The notes beneath the pieces are model-generated. The model saw only the letters and a list, made by a program, of their open reading frames with translations. It searched no databases and was not told the origin of the DNA. A program made the translations under genes and the position numbers. From the NCBI GenBank assembly GCA_947366545.1, contig CANBAL010000004.1, forward strand, positions 29,136 to 93,135: 64,000 nucleotides of DNA, given 5' to 3'. The DNA comes from an uncultured Clostridia bacterium (lineage in GTDB: Bacteria > Bacillota > Clostridia > Christensenellales > UBA1242). This document shows positions 55,503 to 64,000 of this stretch, in pieces (the stretch's first letter is position 1; each line of letters begins with the position of its first letter).

Positions 55503-56507
55503 ATGGTAATTACAGAGCGTAAAAAGCAGATATTATGCATGGCAGTCGAGGAATATATCAAAGACTGCGCACCTATCACAAGTGGTGGGATTAAAGATAA
55601 AGGGCTTGACTGTTCAACTGCGACACTGCGAAATGAACTGAACGCACTTGAGGCTATGGGCTTTTTAAAACAACTGCATACCTCTGGGGGCAGGGTGCCA
55701 ACCGTGCAAGGATATCGCTTTTATGTAGAAAACCTTTTGAGTGGGATTAAAGCCACTGATAAGGAACTGGAAAGCGTGAGAGAACTTATCTCATCACGAA
55801 CAAACAGCCTAAATGAAATCATTTCTGGTATCGCAAAGATAGTAAGTCACGCAACGAATTATCCTACCGTGGTTATGATGGATGGAATGGAAAACCTTAT
55901 TTTAAGTGAATTTAAGATTATTCCACTACTTGAAAACAAACTTATGGTGCTTATCGGTACAATGGCTGGCTATATCACAAACACCCTTGATATATCTGCC
56001 ACTGGGCAGGAGTGCCAAGATGCCTCAAACTACTTAACCAAAAACTTTAAGGGTGCCACCATTGGCTATATGCTTGACAACATGCCATATCTTCAAGAAG
56101 GAATGAGCGGGGAAATCAAGGCTTTTCAAAACATTGTCGATTCCCTAATTGGTGGACTTAAGAAAATTAACAGCCAAAAACTTTTAGGGGTATCGCGTGA
56201 GGGTAGTGTGAAACTGCTGGAAGATGGCAAAAGTGTTGAGGAGGCCAAAAAAGTCCTTTCCATGCTTGATGACAAGGAAAAACTTGAAAAATCACTGGAG
56301 CTTAGTGGTAAAGGTGAAATTGAGGTTTCGCTTGCTGAGGAAGAGGAAGGCAAGGAATGTTCGGTGGTTAAAGCACCTATCTTAGTCCAAGGGCGGCAAC
56401 TGGCATCCATTGGAGTGATTGGACCTCAGAGAATGGACTACTCGGGAATAGCATCAGCACTTAAAGTCGTGATAGACGAACTTAGAGAAATAAAAGGGGA
56501 TGATTAA
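55503..56507 (+). CDS. hrcA: Heat-inducible transcription repressor HrcA
   Basis: N-terminal winged helix (TERKKQILCMAVEEYIKDCAPITSGGI...STATLRNELNALEAMGFL). It is the first gene after CIRCE. Confidence 0.92.
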   Translation: MVITERKKQILCMAVEEYIKDCAPITSGGIKDKGLDCSTATLRNELNALEAMGFLKQLHTSGGRVPTVQGYRFYVENLLSGIKATDKELESVRELISSRTNSLNEIISGIAKIVSHATNYPTVVMMDGMENLILSEFKIIPLLENKLMVLIGTMAGYITNTLDISATGQECQDASNYLTKNFKGATIGYMLDNMPYLQEGMSGEIKAFQNIVDSLIGGLKKINSQKLLGVSREGSVKLLEDGKSVEEAKKVLSMLDDKEKLEKSLELSGKGEIEVSLAEEEEGKECSVVKAPILVQGRQLASIGVIGPQRMDYSGIASALKVVIDELREIKGDD

Positions 56508-57098
56508 GTGTCAAAGAATGAAGAATTAGAAAAAGAATGTAACTGCACAGAAGATTGCCACTGCGGGAAACATTGCGAATGTGATAGTGAAAACAAATGT
56601 AGTGACAACTGTCAGTGCGGTTGCGATTGCGAGGAAGAATGCGAATGCGGTGAAAATTGCGAATGCGCTTGCGAAGAGGAAAAAGACAAATATCTCCTCC
56701 TTGCCCAGCAGGTTCAAGCAGATTTTGATAACTTCCGTCGCCGGTCCCGTGAGGAAATAGAGCGGGCGAGAACCAGCGGACAGGTGTCGGTGATAGAGGC
56801 GTTTCTGCCCTGCCTTGATACCTTTAAAGAGGCGAAAAAGTTAATCACCGACGAAAGCGTACTTCAAGGCGTTGAGATGATTGAAAATAAAATTCTTTCA
56901 GCCTTAAAAGAACTTGGAGTGGAAAAAATTGAAAGTGTTGGGCAGGTTTACAGCCCACATCTCCACAACGCAATAGCGGTTATGAGAGATGAAAGCAAAG
57001 AAAATGATATCATCTTGGAAGAATTCCAAGCAGGATATAAATACAAAGACAAAGTAATAAGATATGCGAAAGTCATAGTCAATAAAAAGGAGGGTTAA
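56508..57098 (+). CDS. grpE: Nucleotide exchange factor GrpE with a Cys-rich N-terminal extension
   Basis: The GrpE core ([13 protein letters not shown] ... [13 protein letters not shown]) is preceded by residues 11-55, which contain 16 Cys in CxC/CxxxC spacing. It uses a GTG start after AAAGGGGA. There is no in-frame ATG, GTG or TTG between this start and the core. Confidence 0.9.
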   Translation: MSKNEELEKECNCTEDCHCGKHCECDSENKCSDNCQCGCDCEEECECGENCECACEEEKDKYLLLAQQVQADFDNFRRRSREEIERARTSGQVSVIEAFLPCLDTFKEAKKLITDESVLQGVEMIENKILSALKELGVEKIESVGQVYSPHLHNAIAVMRDESKENDIILEEFQAGYKYKDKVIRYAKVIVNKKEG

Positions 57099-57102
57099 AA
57101 TT

Positions 57103-58929
57103 ATGAGTAAAATTATTGGAATTGACTTAGGAACAACAAATTCATGTGTGGCAGTGATGGAAGGTGGCAAACCAACCGTTATTGCAAATGCAGAGGGAGA
57201 CAGAACAACTCCATCTGTTGTCGCTTACACCAAAGAGGGTGAGAGACTTGTCGGCAAGGTTGCAAAAAGACAGGCAATCGTAAACGCTGACAATACAATT
57301 CAGTCTATCAAAAGAGAGATGGGCACAAACTACAAAGCAAAGCTTAATGGCAAGGAATATTCTCCACAAGAGATTTCTGCTATGGTGCTTGGAAAACTTA
57401 AGGCTGATGCAGAAAGTTATCTTGGTGGCAGTGTAACACAAGCGGTTATCACAGTACCAGCCTACTTTAATGACAGCCAGCGTCAAGCAACCAAGGATGC
57501 CGGCAAGATTGCTGGGCTTGAAGTGCTTAGAATTATCAACGAGCCAACCGCAGCCGCTCTTGCTTATGGACTTGACAAGGGGGAGAACTCAAACCAAAAG
57601 ATTTTAGTTTATGACCTTGGTGGTGGTACATTTGATGTATCTATTCTTGAAATCGGTGACGGCGTGTTTGAAGTACTTTCTACAAATGGTAACACTCGTC
57701 TTGGCGGAGATGACTTTGATAACAGAATTATCGACCTTCTTGTAGAAGAATTTAAGAAGACAAACAACATTGATCTTTCAAGCGATCGTCTTGCAATGCA
57801 AAGACTTAAAGAAGCAGCAGAAAAAGCAAAGATTGACCTTTCTGCAACTCCAAAAACTACAATCTCTCTTCCATTCATTTCAGCGGATGCAACAGGCCCT
57901 AAACATATGGAATATGAGCTTACTCGTGCAAAATTTGATGCAATCACAGAGGATCTTGTTAAGGAAACTATCGACTGCACAGTAAGAGCGCTTAAAGATG
58001 CTGGACTTAACAAAGGACAAATTGACAAGGTTGTACTTGTTGGTGGCTCTACTCGTATCCCAGCAGTATTTGAGGCCGTTAAAAACTTTACTGGCAAGGA
58101 TCCATACAAAGGTATAAACCCAGATGAATGTGTTGCTGTTGGTGCCGCAATTCAAGCCGGCGTACTTGGCGGAGAGGTTAAGGATGTTCTTCTTCTTGAT
58201 GTAACTCCACTTTCTCTTGGGATTGAAACCCTTGGCGGAGTGTTTACAAAACTTATTGAAAGAAACACTACAATTCCTACAAAGAAATCACAAGTGTTCT
58301 CAACCGCAGTAGATAATCAACCTGGCGTTGACATTCATGTCCTTCAAGGTGAGCGTGAATTTGCTGCTCAAAACAAGACACTTGGCAGATTCCAACTTAC
58401 AGACATTCCACCTGCACCAAGAGGAGTACCTCAAATTGAAGTTACTTTTGATATTGATGCAAATGGTATTGTTAATGTTTCAGCAAAAGATTTAGGCACT
58501 AATAAAGAGCAGAAGATTACAATCACAGCATCTTCAAACCTTAAAGATGAAGATATTGAAAAGGCAATCAAAGAGGCAGAGGAACACGCTGAGGAAGATA
58601 AGAAGCGTAAAGAGTTTGTTGAAACCAAAAATCAAGCCGACAATATGGTTTACAGTATTGAAAAAATGCTTAAAGAAAATGGCGACAAACTATCTGCCGA
58701 TGACAAGAAGAAACTTGAAGAAGCAGTAGAAAAAGCAAAGAAAGACTTTGAAAGCACTGACCTTGATACAGTTAAGAAAGGCCTTGAAGAACTTACAAAT
58801 GTATCAAACGAAGTATTCACAAAGATGTATCAAGCCGCAGGTGCTGGTGCTAATGGAGCAGGTGCAGCTGGCGGTAACAACGGCGGAAACGATGGCAACC
58901 CAGAAGTTGTAGTGGATGATAACAAATAA
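57103..58929 (+). CDS. dnaK: Molecular chaperone DnaK (Hsp70)
   Basis: [26 protein letters not shown] and [10 protein letters not shown], 608 aa. Confidence 0.98.
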   Translation: MSKIIGIDLGTTNSCVAVMEGGKPTVIANAEGDRTTPSVVAYTKEGERLVGKVAKRQAIVNADNTIQSIKREMGTNYKAKLNGKEYSPQEISAMVLGKLKADAESYLGGSVTQAVITVPAYFNDSQRQATKDAGKIAGLEVLRIINEPTAAALAYGLDKGENSNQKILVYDLGGGTFDVSILEIGDGVFEVLSTNGNTRLGGDDFDNRIIDLLVEEFKKTNNIDLSSDRLAMQRLKEAAEKAKIDLSATPKTTISLPFISADATGPKHMEYELTRAKFDAITEDLVKETIDCTVRALKDAGLNKGQIDKVVLVGGSTRIPAVFEAVKNFTGKDPYKGINPDECVAVGAAIQAGVLGGEVKDVLLLDVTPLSLGIETLGGVFTKLIERNTTIPTKKSQVFSTAVDNQPGVDIHVLQGEREFAAQNKTLGRFQLTDIPPAPRGVPQIEVTFDIDANGIVNVSAKDLGTNKEQKITITASSNLKDEDIEKAIKEAEEHAEEDKKRKEFVETKNQADNMVYSIEKMLKENGDKLSADDKKKLEEAVEKAKKDFESTDLDTVKKGLEELTNVSNEVFTKMYQAAGAGANGAGAAGGNNGGNDGNPEVVVDDNK

Positions 58930-58930
58930 A

Positions 58931-59400
58931 ATGAAAACATTAATTATCGTTGATATGCAAAAGGGCTTTATTAATAAAAATAATGAATTTTTAGTAAAAA
59001 ATATCGAAAATTTATTAAAAAATCATAAATTTGATAGAGTTTTTGCAACAAAGTTTGTAAACAACTTAGATAGTCAATATGTAAAATTATTAAATTTTGA
59101 TAGAATGTGTGATGCAAAGTCACAAGAATTTGCTGTGACTTTGCCCGATACTGCGGTGATTTTGGAGAAAACCTCTTATGCCCTGCCAACTGAATTTGTG
59201 GGGGGGGAACAAAGGAGGTTTTCCTCTGTGGCACTGATTATGACGCCTGTGTGCTAGCCATTGCATATCAATTATTTGATAAGGGTATTCAGCCCCGTAT
59301 AATTATGGACTGCACAGGTAGTGCATCAAATAATCCACTTGATAAAAATGAGTTTAAAAAACTTTGCCGAAGAAATTTTGGCGAAAAATCGATAGTATAA
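58931..59400 (+). pseudogene. Isochorismatase/cysteine hydrolase family gene, frameshifted in a G8 tract
   Basis: The N-terminus MKTLIIVDMQKGF is the typical beta1-DxQ pattern. After the tract, the other frame reads TKEVFLCGTDYDACVLAIAYQLFDKGIQPRIIMDCTGS (catalytic Cys motif) and ends at the TAA at 59398-59400. One extra G restores a single ORF. The alternative start is 58916. Confidence 0.75.
59200..59207 (+). repeat. G8 homopolymer tract inside the isochorismatase-family gene
   Basis: The sequence reads directly as tttgt-GGGGGGGG-aacaaagg. Confidence 0.95.
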
Positions 59401-59408
59401 GGACAATT

Positions 59409-60533
59409 ATGGCAAACAAAGACTATTATTCAATTTTAGGTGTTGAAAAGACGGCGGGGGAGGACGAAATTAAGTCCGCCTATCGTCGCATGGCAAAAAA
59501 ATATCACCCTGATTTAAATAAAACTCCTGAGGCGGCTGAAAAGTTTAAGGAAGTCAACGAGGCTTACTCAGTGCTTAGCGACCCTCAAAAGAAGGCTAAT
59601 TATGATCAGTTTGGCTCAGCCGATGGCCCACAATTCAGTGGTGGTCAAGGCGGGGCTGGCTTTGGCGACTTCTTTGGTGGTGGCGGTGGTTTTGGTGATT
59701 TCTTTAGTGACATCTTTTCTGCCTTTGGTGGCGGAGCAAGAGGAGCGCGCGCAACTCAGCGTGGGCAAGATATAAATGCATCAATGAATCTTTCCTTTGA
59801 AGAGGCTTGCTTTGGCTGTGAGAAGAATATCACTGTAGGACGAATTGAAACTTGCAATGCTTGTTCTGGCACAGGTGCAAGAAATGGAAAAGATTATTCC
59901 GTTTGCCCAGACTGTCATGGTAGTGGCAGAGTACGCTTCCAGCAAAACACCATGATGGGCACTATTGTGCGTGAGGGCGAATGTCCTAAATGTGGTGGCA
60001 GCGGTAAAATTATCCGTGAAAAATGCAGTGTATGTAATGGTAAAGGCTATCAAAGAGTCAACAAGACAATTAAAGTTAAAGTACCAGCAGGTATTGATGA
60101 TGACCAAACACTTCGTATGCGTGGCGAAGGAAATGCTCCAATGGGCGAGGGAACAAATGGTGACCTTAATATACGCATAAAGGTGGAGAAACACAAGTTG
60201 CTTGTAAGAAAGGGCAGTGATATCTGTCTTGACCTATATCTTCCATTTACAACCACTTTGCTCGGCGGTAAGGTGGAAATCCCAACACTTGACGGGGATT
60301 ACACATTAAATATTCCGGAGCTTACTGCAAGTGGCACTGTGATGAGGATTAAAAATAAGGGTGTAAAGATACTTAATCGTGAGTCGCGAGGTGATATGCT
60401 TGTGACAATCAAAGCGGAAGTGCCAAAAAGTCTTGATAAACAGACTAAGGCAAAGATAGAAGACCTTGCATCATGTTTTAATACCAGTTCCTATGCAAAA
60501 TATGATAAATTTTTAAAAAATAAGAAAAAATAG
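59409..60533 (+). CDS. dnaJ: Molecular chaperone DnaJ
   Basis: The ATG at 59409 opens [12 protein letters not shown]. It has a J-domain HPD, a Gly/Phe region and four CxxCxGxG zinc motifs. The listed 59364 start lies within the upstream pseudogene. Confidence 0.95.
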   Translation: MANKDYYSILGVEKTAGEDEIKSAYRRMAKKYHPDLNKTPEAAEKFKEVNEAYSVLSDPQKKANYDQFGSADGPQFSGGQGGAGFGDFFGGGGGFGDFFSDIFSAFGGGARGARATQRGQDINASMNLSFEEACFGCEKNITVGRIETCNACSGTGARNGKDYSVCPDCHGSGRVRFQQNTMMGTIVREGECPKCGGSGKIIREKCSVCNGKGYQRVNKTIKVKVPAGIDDDQTLRMRGEGNAPMGEGTNGDLNIRIKVEKHKLLVRKGSDICLDLYLPFTTTLLGGKVEIPTLDGDYTLNIPELTASGTVMRIKNKGVKILNRESRGDMLVTIKAEVPKSLDKQTKAKIEDLASCFNTSSYAKYDKFLKNKKK

Positions 60534-60536
60534 TGA

Positions 60537-60998
60537 CTATTCATCACTATTTTTTTGATTTTTAAGGATTTTTAGGGTTGATTTATCTATATTTTCATTA
60601 AGTTTATTAATTGAATTATAAATTTGTGCGCGACTAAGAACCTTTGCAATTGCATTTAAATAAAGGAAAACTGTAGCAATTGTAGTGCTTACTCCAATCA
60701 TTAATAAAATTATTGATGTTATGGCAATTGGACATGCTAATTGAGGTGTCTCTGCATAAGAAATCGCTGTACCTATAAGACAGGAGACGGCGAAAACAAA
60801 AATAAATGCTATTATTAGAATGCTAATTATAAATATAATTCTCAATCTACGAAGAGAATTGACATCATTTGTTTCTAGATTATAATCTGAGTTTTGCGTT
60901 ATTTCAGTTTCATATTCTTTTGTTGAAATAGTTGAAATTATGCAAGTAATAATAGTACACAATAAAGAAAGAAGAAAAAATATATAAAAATTATTCAT
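60537..60998 (-). CDS. Hypothetical small membrane protein (153 aa)
   Basis: Three predicted TM helices and an RBS AAGGAG. It is driven by the C9-containing promoter. I recognise no family. Confidence 0.6.
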   Translation of the reverse strand: MNNFYIFFLLSLLCTIITCIISTISTKEYETEITQNSDYNLETNDVNSLRRLRIIFIISILIIAFIFVFAVSCLIGTAISYAETPQLACPIAITSIILLMIGVSTTIATVFLYLNAIAKVLSRAQIYNSINKLNENIDKSTLKILKNQKNSDE

Positions 60999-61018
60999 TC
61001 ATAATCTCCTTGCCTTTA

Positions 61019-61045
61019 ATTATACTCGGGGGGGGGAGTTGTCAA
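61019..61045 (-). promoter_or_regulatory. Sigma-A promoter whose spacer contains a C9 tract (minus strand)
   Basis: The minus strand reads TTGACA, then act-CCCCCCCCC-gag, then TATAAT. Both hexamers are perfect but the spacer is only 15 nt. Confidence 0.6.
61028..61036 (-). repeat. C9 (G9 on the plus strand) homopolymer tract in a promoter spacer
   Basis: The plus strand reads directly as tatactc-GGGGGGGGG-agttgtcaa. Confidence 0.95.
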
Positions 61046-61071
61046 GTATTTTTCGAAAATAGTAGAAAAAG

Positions 61072-61100
61072 TTGATGAATCTTTTATTATGTGATAAAAT
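61072..61100 (+). promoter_or_regulatory. Sigma-A promoter (extended -10) of rnhB, probably giving a leaderless mRNA
   Basis: TTGATG (61072-61077), a 17-nt spacer ending in TGa, then TAAAAT (61095-61100). The rnhB ATG begins 7 nt after the -10, and no SD is present. Confidence 0.5.
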
Positions 61101-61106
61101 TTTAAT

Positions 61107-61688
61107 ATGTTAGATTACGAAAAAAAATACAAAGGCAAAGTTATTGCTGGAATTGATGAGGCAGGGAGAGGCCCACTTGCGGGGCCGGTGGTTTGTGCTT
61201 GCGCCGTTATGCCAATGGACAATATAATCGAGGGGGTTAATGACAGCAAAAAACTTTCCGCTAAAAAACGGGAAGAGTTATATGACAAAATAAAAAAAGT
61301 GGCAATAAGTTACTCCATTGTGGAGGTAGACGAGAAAACCATTGACAAGATAAACATTTTGCAGGCGACAAAACTTGGTATGAAAAAAGCACTTGAAACT
61401 TTGAGTGTGAAGCCAGACATCGTGCTTATTGATGCCGTCAAAATTGATTGCCGTGTGCCACAAGAAAACATAATAAAAGGGGATGCATTATCTTATAATA
61501 TTGCTGCGGCCTCCATTCTCGCGAAAGTGTATCGAGATAGGATGATGGTGGAACTTGACAAAAAGTATCCTCAATATGGGTTTGCAAAACATAAGGGCTA
61601 CGGAACAAAGGCACATATTGAAGCACTTAAAAAATACGGTAAATGTGAACTGCACAGAGATACATTTATCAAAAAGTTTGTGAAATAA
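61107..61688 (+). CDS. rnhB: Ribonuclease HII
   Basis: GIDEAGRGPLAGPVV catalytic motif, DSKKLS, 193 aa. Confidence 0.92.
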   Translation: MLDYEKKYKGKVIAGIDEAGRGPLAGPVVCACAVMPMDNIIEGVNDSKKLSAKKREELYDKIKKVAISYSIVEVDEKTIDKINILQATKLGMKKALETLSVKPDIVLIDAVKIDCRVPQENIIKGDALSYNIAAASILAKVYRDRMMVELDKKYPQYGFAKHKGYGTKAHIEALKKYGKCELHRDTFIKKFVK

Positions 61689-61706
61689 AAATAACGGCAG
61701 ATGCCG

Positions 61707-62381
61707 TTATTTTTTATATTTTCTGTTTACTTCAATTTCACTTATTTCTATATTTTTTGGTACCTGCAATGTAAACAACATTACTTTAGCCATATCTTCT
61801 GGGTCTATCCACGCATTTGGATCGGCTATTTTTTCACCATTATATTTTTCGTTAAATTTGGTGTTCATTCCGCCCGCGTTGAATTGAATTACACGACAAG
61901 GTGTCTTTTTAAGTTCCGCACCAATATTGAGACTTGTTCCTCTTATCGCCCATTTGGAGGTCGTGTAACCGACTTGATTGAGTGGGCCAGATTTTAGACC
62001 TACGGTGGAGCCGACATTGATTATATCAGCCTCGTTGGCTTTGATGAGGTCAAATAATTTACTAATAAGGTACATTGGGGCGATACTATTAACTTTCATA
62101 ACTCTTTCAAGTTCATAGTAGGGAGTGTTGTTGGTGGGTTGAATACATGGCACACCAGCACAGTTTATTAGGGCGTCAAATTTGCTGTATTTTTCTGCTA
62201 TAATTTCGCACGCCTTATTCATAGATTTTTCATTTAATAAATCACATTTAATAAATTCGCAAGGGTAATCGGGTTTTGTTCTGCAAAGGGCTATGACCTC
62301 AAATCCCCCCCCCGCATTGCAGAGTTTGCCGAAGGCCTTGCCAAGGCCATCACTGGCACCAGTTAAAATAATTCTTTTCAT
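61707..62381 (-). CDS. Short-chain dehydrogenase/reductase (SDR)
   Basis: The ATG at 62381 follows AAGGAGAAAAAG. It has the TGASDGLG cofactor motif, NAG and a YTTSK catalytic motif. It contains an in-frame G9 tract that encodes GGG. Confidence 0.8.
   Translation of the reverse strand: MKRIILTGASDGLGKAFGKLCNAGGGFEVIALCRTKPDYPCEFIKCDLLNEKSMNKACEIIAEKYSKFDALINCAGVPCIQPTNNTPYYELERVMKVNSIAPMYLISKLFDLIKANEADIINVGSTVGLKSGPLNQVGYTTSKWAIRGTSLNIGAELKKTPCRVIQFNAGGMNTKFNEKYNGEKIADPNAWIDPEDMAKVMLFTLQVPKNIEISEIEVNRKYKK
62305..62313 (-). repeat. G9 (C9 on the plus strand) homopolymer tract in-frame within the SDR gene
   Basis: The minus strand reads aat gcg ggg ggg gga ttt (NAGGGF), about 23 codons from the start. 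Confidence 0.95.
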
Positions 62382-62481
62382 ACTTTTTCTCCTTAATCTA
62401 ATAATAACAAAATTGCGGTTAGAATGCAAATTATTTGGTTATTAACTTTGCAATTTGACGGAAAAGTTATATACTTAGTTT

Positions 62482-63180
62482 ATGAAAAGATTTTTTGGAA
62501 GGCGAGAAGGCGAAAATATTATTTTTGACGGGAGTGAACTTGTACATATCTCCCGCGTTTTGCGTATGAAAGAGGGGGACAGGGTTATTGCCTCACTTAA
62601 TGACGAAAACGACTATACCTGCGTTTTGACGGAGATTTCTAAAACGCGTGCGGTGGGTAAAATAGAAAAAATTGAGAAATGCGAGGCTACGCCAAAGAAG
62701 AACATTGTCCTATTTCAAGCCATGCCAAAGAGGGAATATTTTGAAACCATAGTGACTAAGTCTGTGGAACTTGGTGCAAGCGAAGTTGTGCCTTTTATTT
62801 CAGAATATAGTGTTAATCATGACTATAAAAGTGACAGAATTTCTCAAATTGTTTTGACGGCATGTAAACAATGTGAAAGATCCAAACTTATTGAAATTAG
62901 TCCAGTACTGAGTTTTAAGGAAATGCTAGAGCGTTTAGCAAGTTTTGATGCGGTTATATTCGCATATGAGAAAGCGAACTCGCCGCTTGATACACGCCTT
63001 TTGGAGGACAAGGAAAGAATAGCTGTCGTAGTTGGGTGCGAAGGTGGCTTTACAAAAAAAGAGGCTGAAGAGATTATCGCCCGAGGAGGAGAAGCAATAA
63101 GCCTTGGCAGTCGGATTTTGCGTTGTGATACCGCCACTCTTGCCACACTTGCAGTAGTAAATATTTTAAGCAAAAATTAA
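62482..63180 (+). CDS. rsmE: 16S rRNA m3U1498 methyltransferase RsmE
   Basis: 232 aa with a PUA-like N-terminus, a SPOUT C-terminus (VVVGCEGGFTKKE) and LGSRILRCDTA. Confidence 0.85.
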   Translation: MKRFFGRREGENIIFDGSELVHISRVLRMKEGDRVIASLNDENDYTCVLTEISKTRAVGKIEKIEKCEATPKKNIVLFQAMPKREYFETIVTKSVELGASEVVPFISEYSVNHDYKSDRISQIVLTACKQCERSKLIEISPVLSFKEMLERLASFDAVIFAYEKANSPLDTRLLEDKERIAVVVGCEGGFTKKEAEEIIARGGEAISLGSRILRCDTATLATLAVVNILSKN

Positions 63181-63189
63181 GGAGCACCT

Positions 63190-64000
63190 ATGAAAATTGT
63201 GATTATGACCTTAGGTTGTAAGGTCAACAAATACGAAAGCGATTCCATCAAGCATTATCTTAAACTTAAAGGCTTTGAGGTGAGTGACAAATTAGAATAT
63301 GCTGATGTTTATATTATCAACACCTGTGCTGTTACGGCTGAGGCTGAGAAAAAGTCACGTCAGATGATTGCAAGGTGCAAAAAATTTAATAAAAACGCCA
63401 AATTTTTTGTTTGTGGATGTGCAAGCCAGAATAATCCAGAACAATTTTTAGCAAAAGGTGTGGAGTATGTGAGCGGGGTTGCCGCTAAAATTAAAATCAC
63501 CGATTATGTAGAAAGGATGAGGGAAAAAGCGAAGGGCAACCTTGTTTCACCGCTTCCACTGGAGTATGAGGATGATATGCATGCGGAACAAGATCGGATG
63601 CGTGCTTATATAAAAATACAAGACGGGTGCAACAACTTTTGCTCTTATTGTCTTATACCTTACCTTAGGGGAAGGTCACGCTCGCGAGATATTATAAGCA
63701 TTATAAAAGAGGTAGGCTCACTTTCCGAGGATATAAAAGAGGTGGTGCTTACTGGCATAAATGTAACAGATTATAAGATTGATGGGAAGCCTTCACTGCT
63801 TACACTCCTTGAACAACTTGATAGTTTCGGCAAAAGGCTTCGACTTTCCTCTATGGAAGAAAGCCTTGTAGGTGAGGAGTTTGTTGAAGGCCTTAAAAAA
63901 CTGAAAAACTTTTGTCCTCATTTTCATCTTTCCCTTCAAAGTGGAAGTGAAAGTGTACTTAAACGGATGAATAGAAAGTATACGCCTACTCAGTTTTTGC
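63190..64000 (+). CDS. mtaB: tRNA methylthiotransferase MtaB (MiaB-like), 3' end truncated by the window
   Basis: This open-ended ORF is not in the track. The hand translation begins MKIVIMTLGCKVNKYESDSI (UPF0004 domain), followed by the radical-SAM motif DGCNNFCSYCLIP. It follows rsmE, as in B. subtilis yqeU-yqeV. Confidence 0.85.
   Translation, partial: MKIVIMTLGCKVNKYESDSIKHYLKLKGFEVSDKLEYADVYIINTCAVTAEAEKKSRQMIARCKKFNKNAKFFVCGCASQNNPEQFLAKGVEYVSGVAAKIKITDYVERMREKAKGNLVSPLPLEYEDDMHAEQDRMRAYIKIQDGCNNFCSYCLIPYLRGRSRSRDIISIIKEVGSLSEDIKEVVLTGINVTDYKIDGKPSLLTLLEQLDSFGKRLRLSSMEESLVGEEFVEGLKKLKNFCPHFHLSLQSGSESVLKRMNRKYTPTQFL

Noticed and set aside
56538-56672. The Cys-rich stretch considered as a separate small metallothionein gene upstream of grpE.
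   Set aside because: There is no stop codon between it and the GrpE core. There is also no in-frame start codon after it, so it must be part of the same polypeptide.

Overview
This window is an AT-rich chromosomal core segment from an endospore-forming Firmicute, and the gene order looks Clostridia-like. I saw no transposase, integrase, phage gene or CRISPR array.

Gene content, in order:
- whiA and dnaE.
- A six-tRNA cluster (Gly, Arg, His, Gln, Lys, Gln).
- A small tRNA-adjacent accessory pair.
- S-box riboswitch and metK.
- rpoZ-priA-def-fmt-rlmN-rsgA-rpe.
- veg, a SipL-like gene, spoIIR, sleB-ypeB and spoVG.
- A cell-wall/division/sporulation block: murF-ddl-murE-mraY-murD-spoVE-murA-ftsQ-ftsA-ftsZ-spoIIGA-sigE-sigG-ylmC.
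- nrdR, feoAB, der, plsY and spoIVA.
- An unlisted small spoVM-like ORF, then rpmB, asp23 and yloV.
- tlyA, prfB (with its programmed +1 frameshift), tsaD, pnuC and a U32 peptidase.
- The CIRCE-controlled hrcA-grpE-dnaK-dnaJ operon.
- rnhB, an SDR, rsmE and a 3'-truncated mtaB.

Leads worth a second look:
1. Five G/C homopolymer tracts of 8-9 nt. Two lie in promoter spacers in front of small membrane proteins. Two break genes that exactly one extra G would repair. One lies in-frame in the SDR. This is either slipped-strand phase variation or homopolymer miscalling.
2. GrpE carries a metallothionein-like N-terminus with 16 Cys.
3. A GC-rich, hairpin-dense intergenic island lies between two bidirectional terminators.
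4. Several low-GC orphan genes each have a near-consensus sigma-A promoter. They include a two-gene operon between spoIVA and spoVM.
5. A beta-rich, Cys-terminated protein behind a sigma-K-like promoter is a candidate spore-surface protein.

All functional calls rest on motif recognition by eye. No database search was possible.
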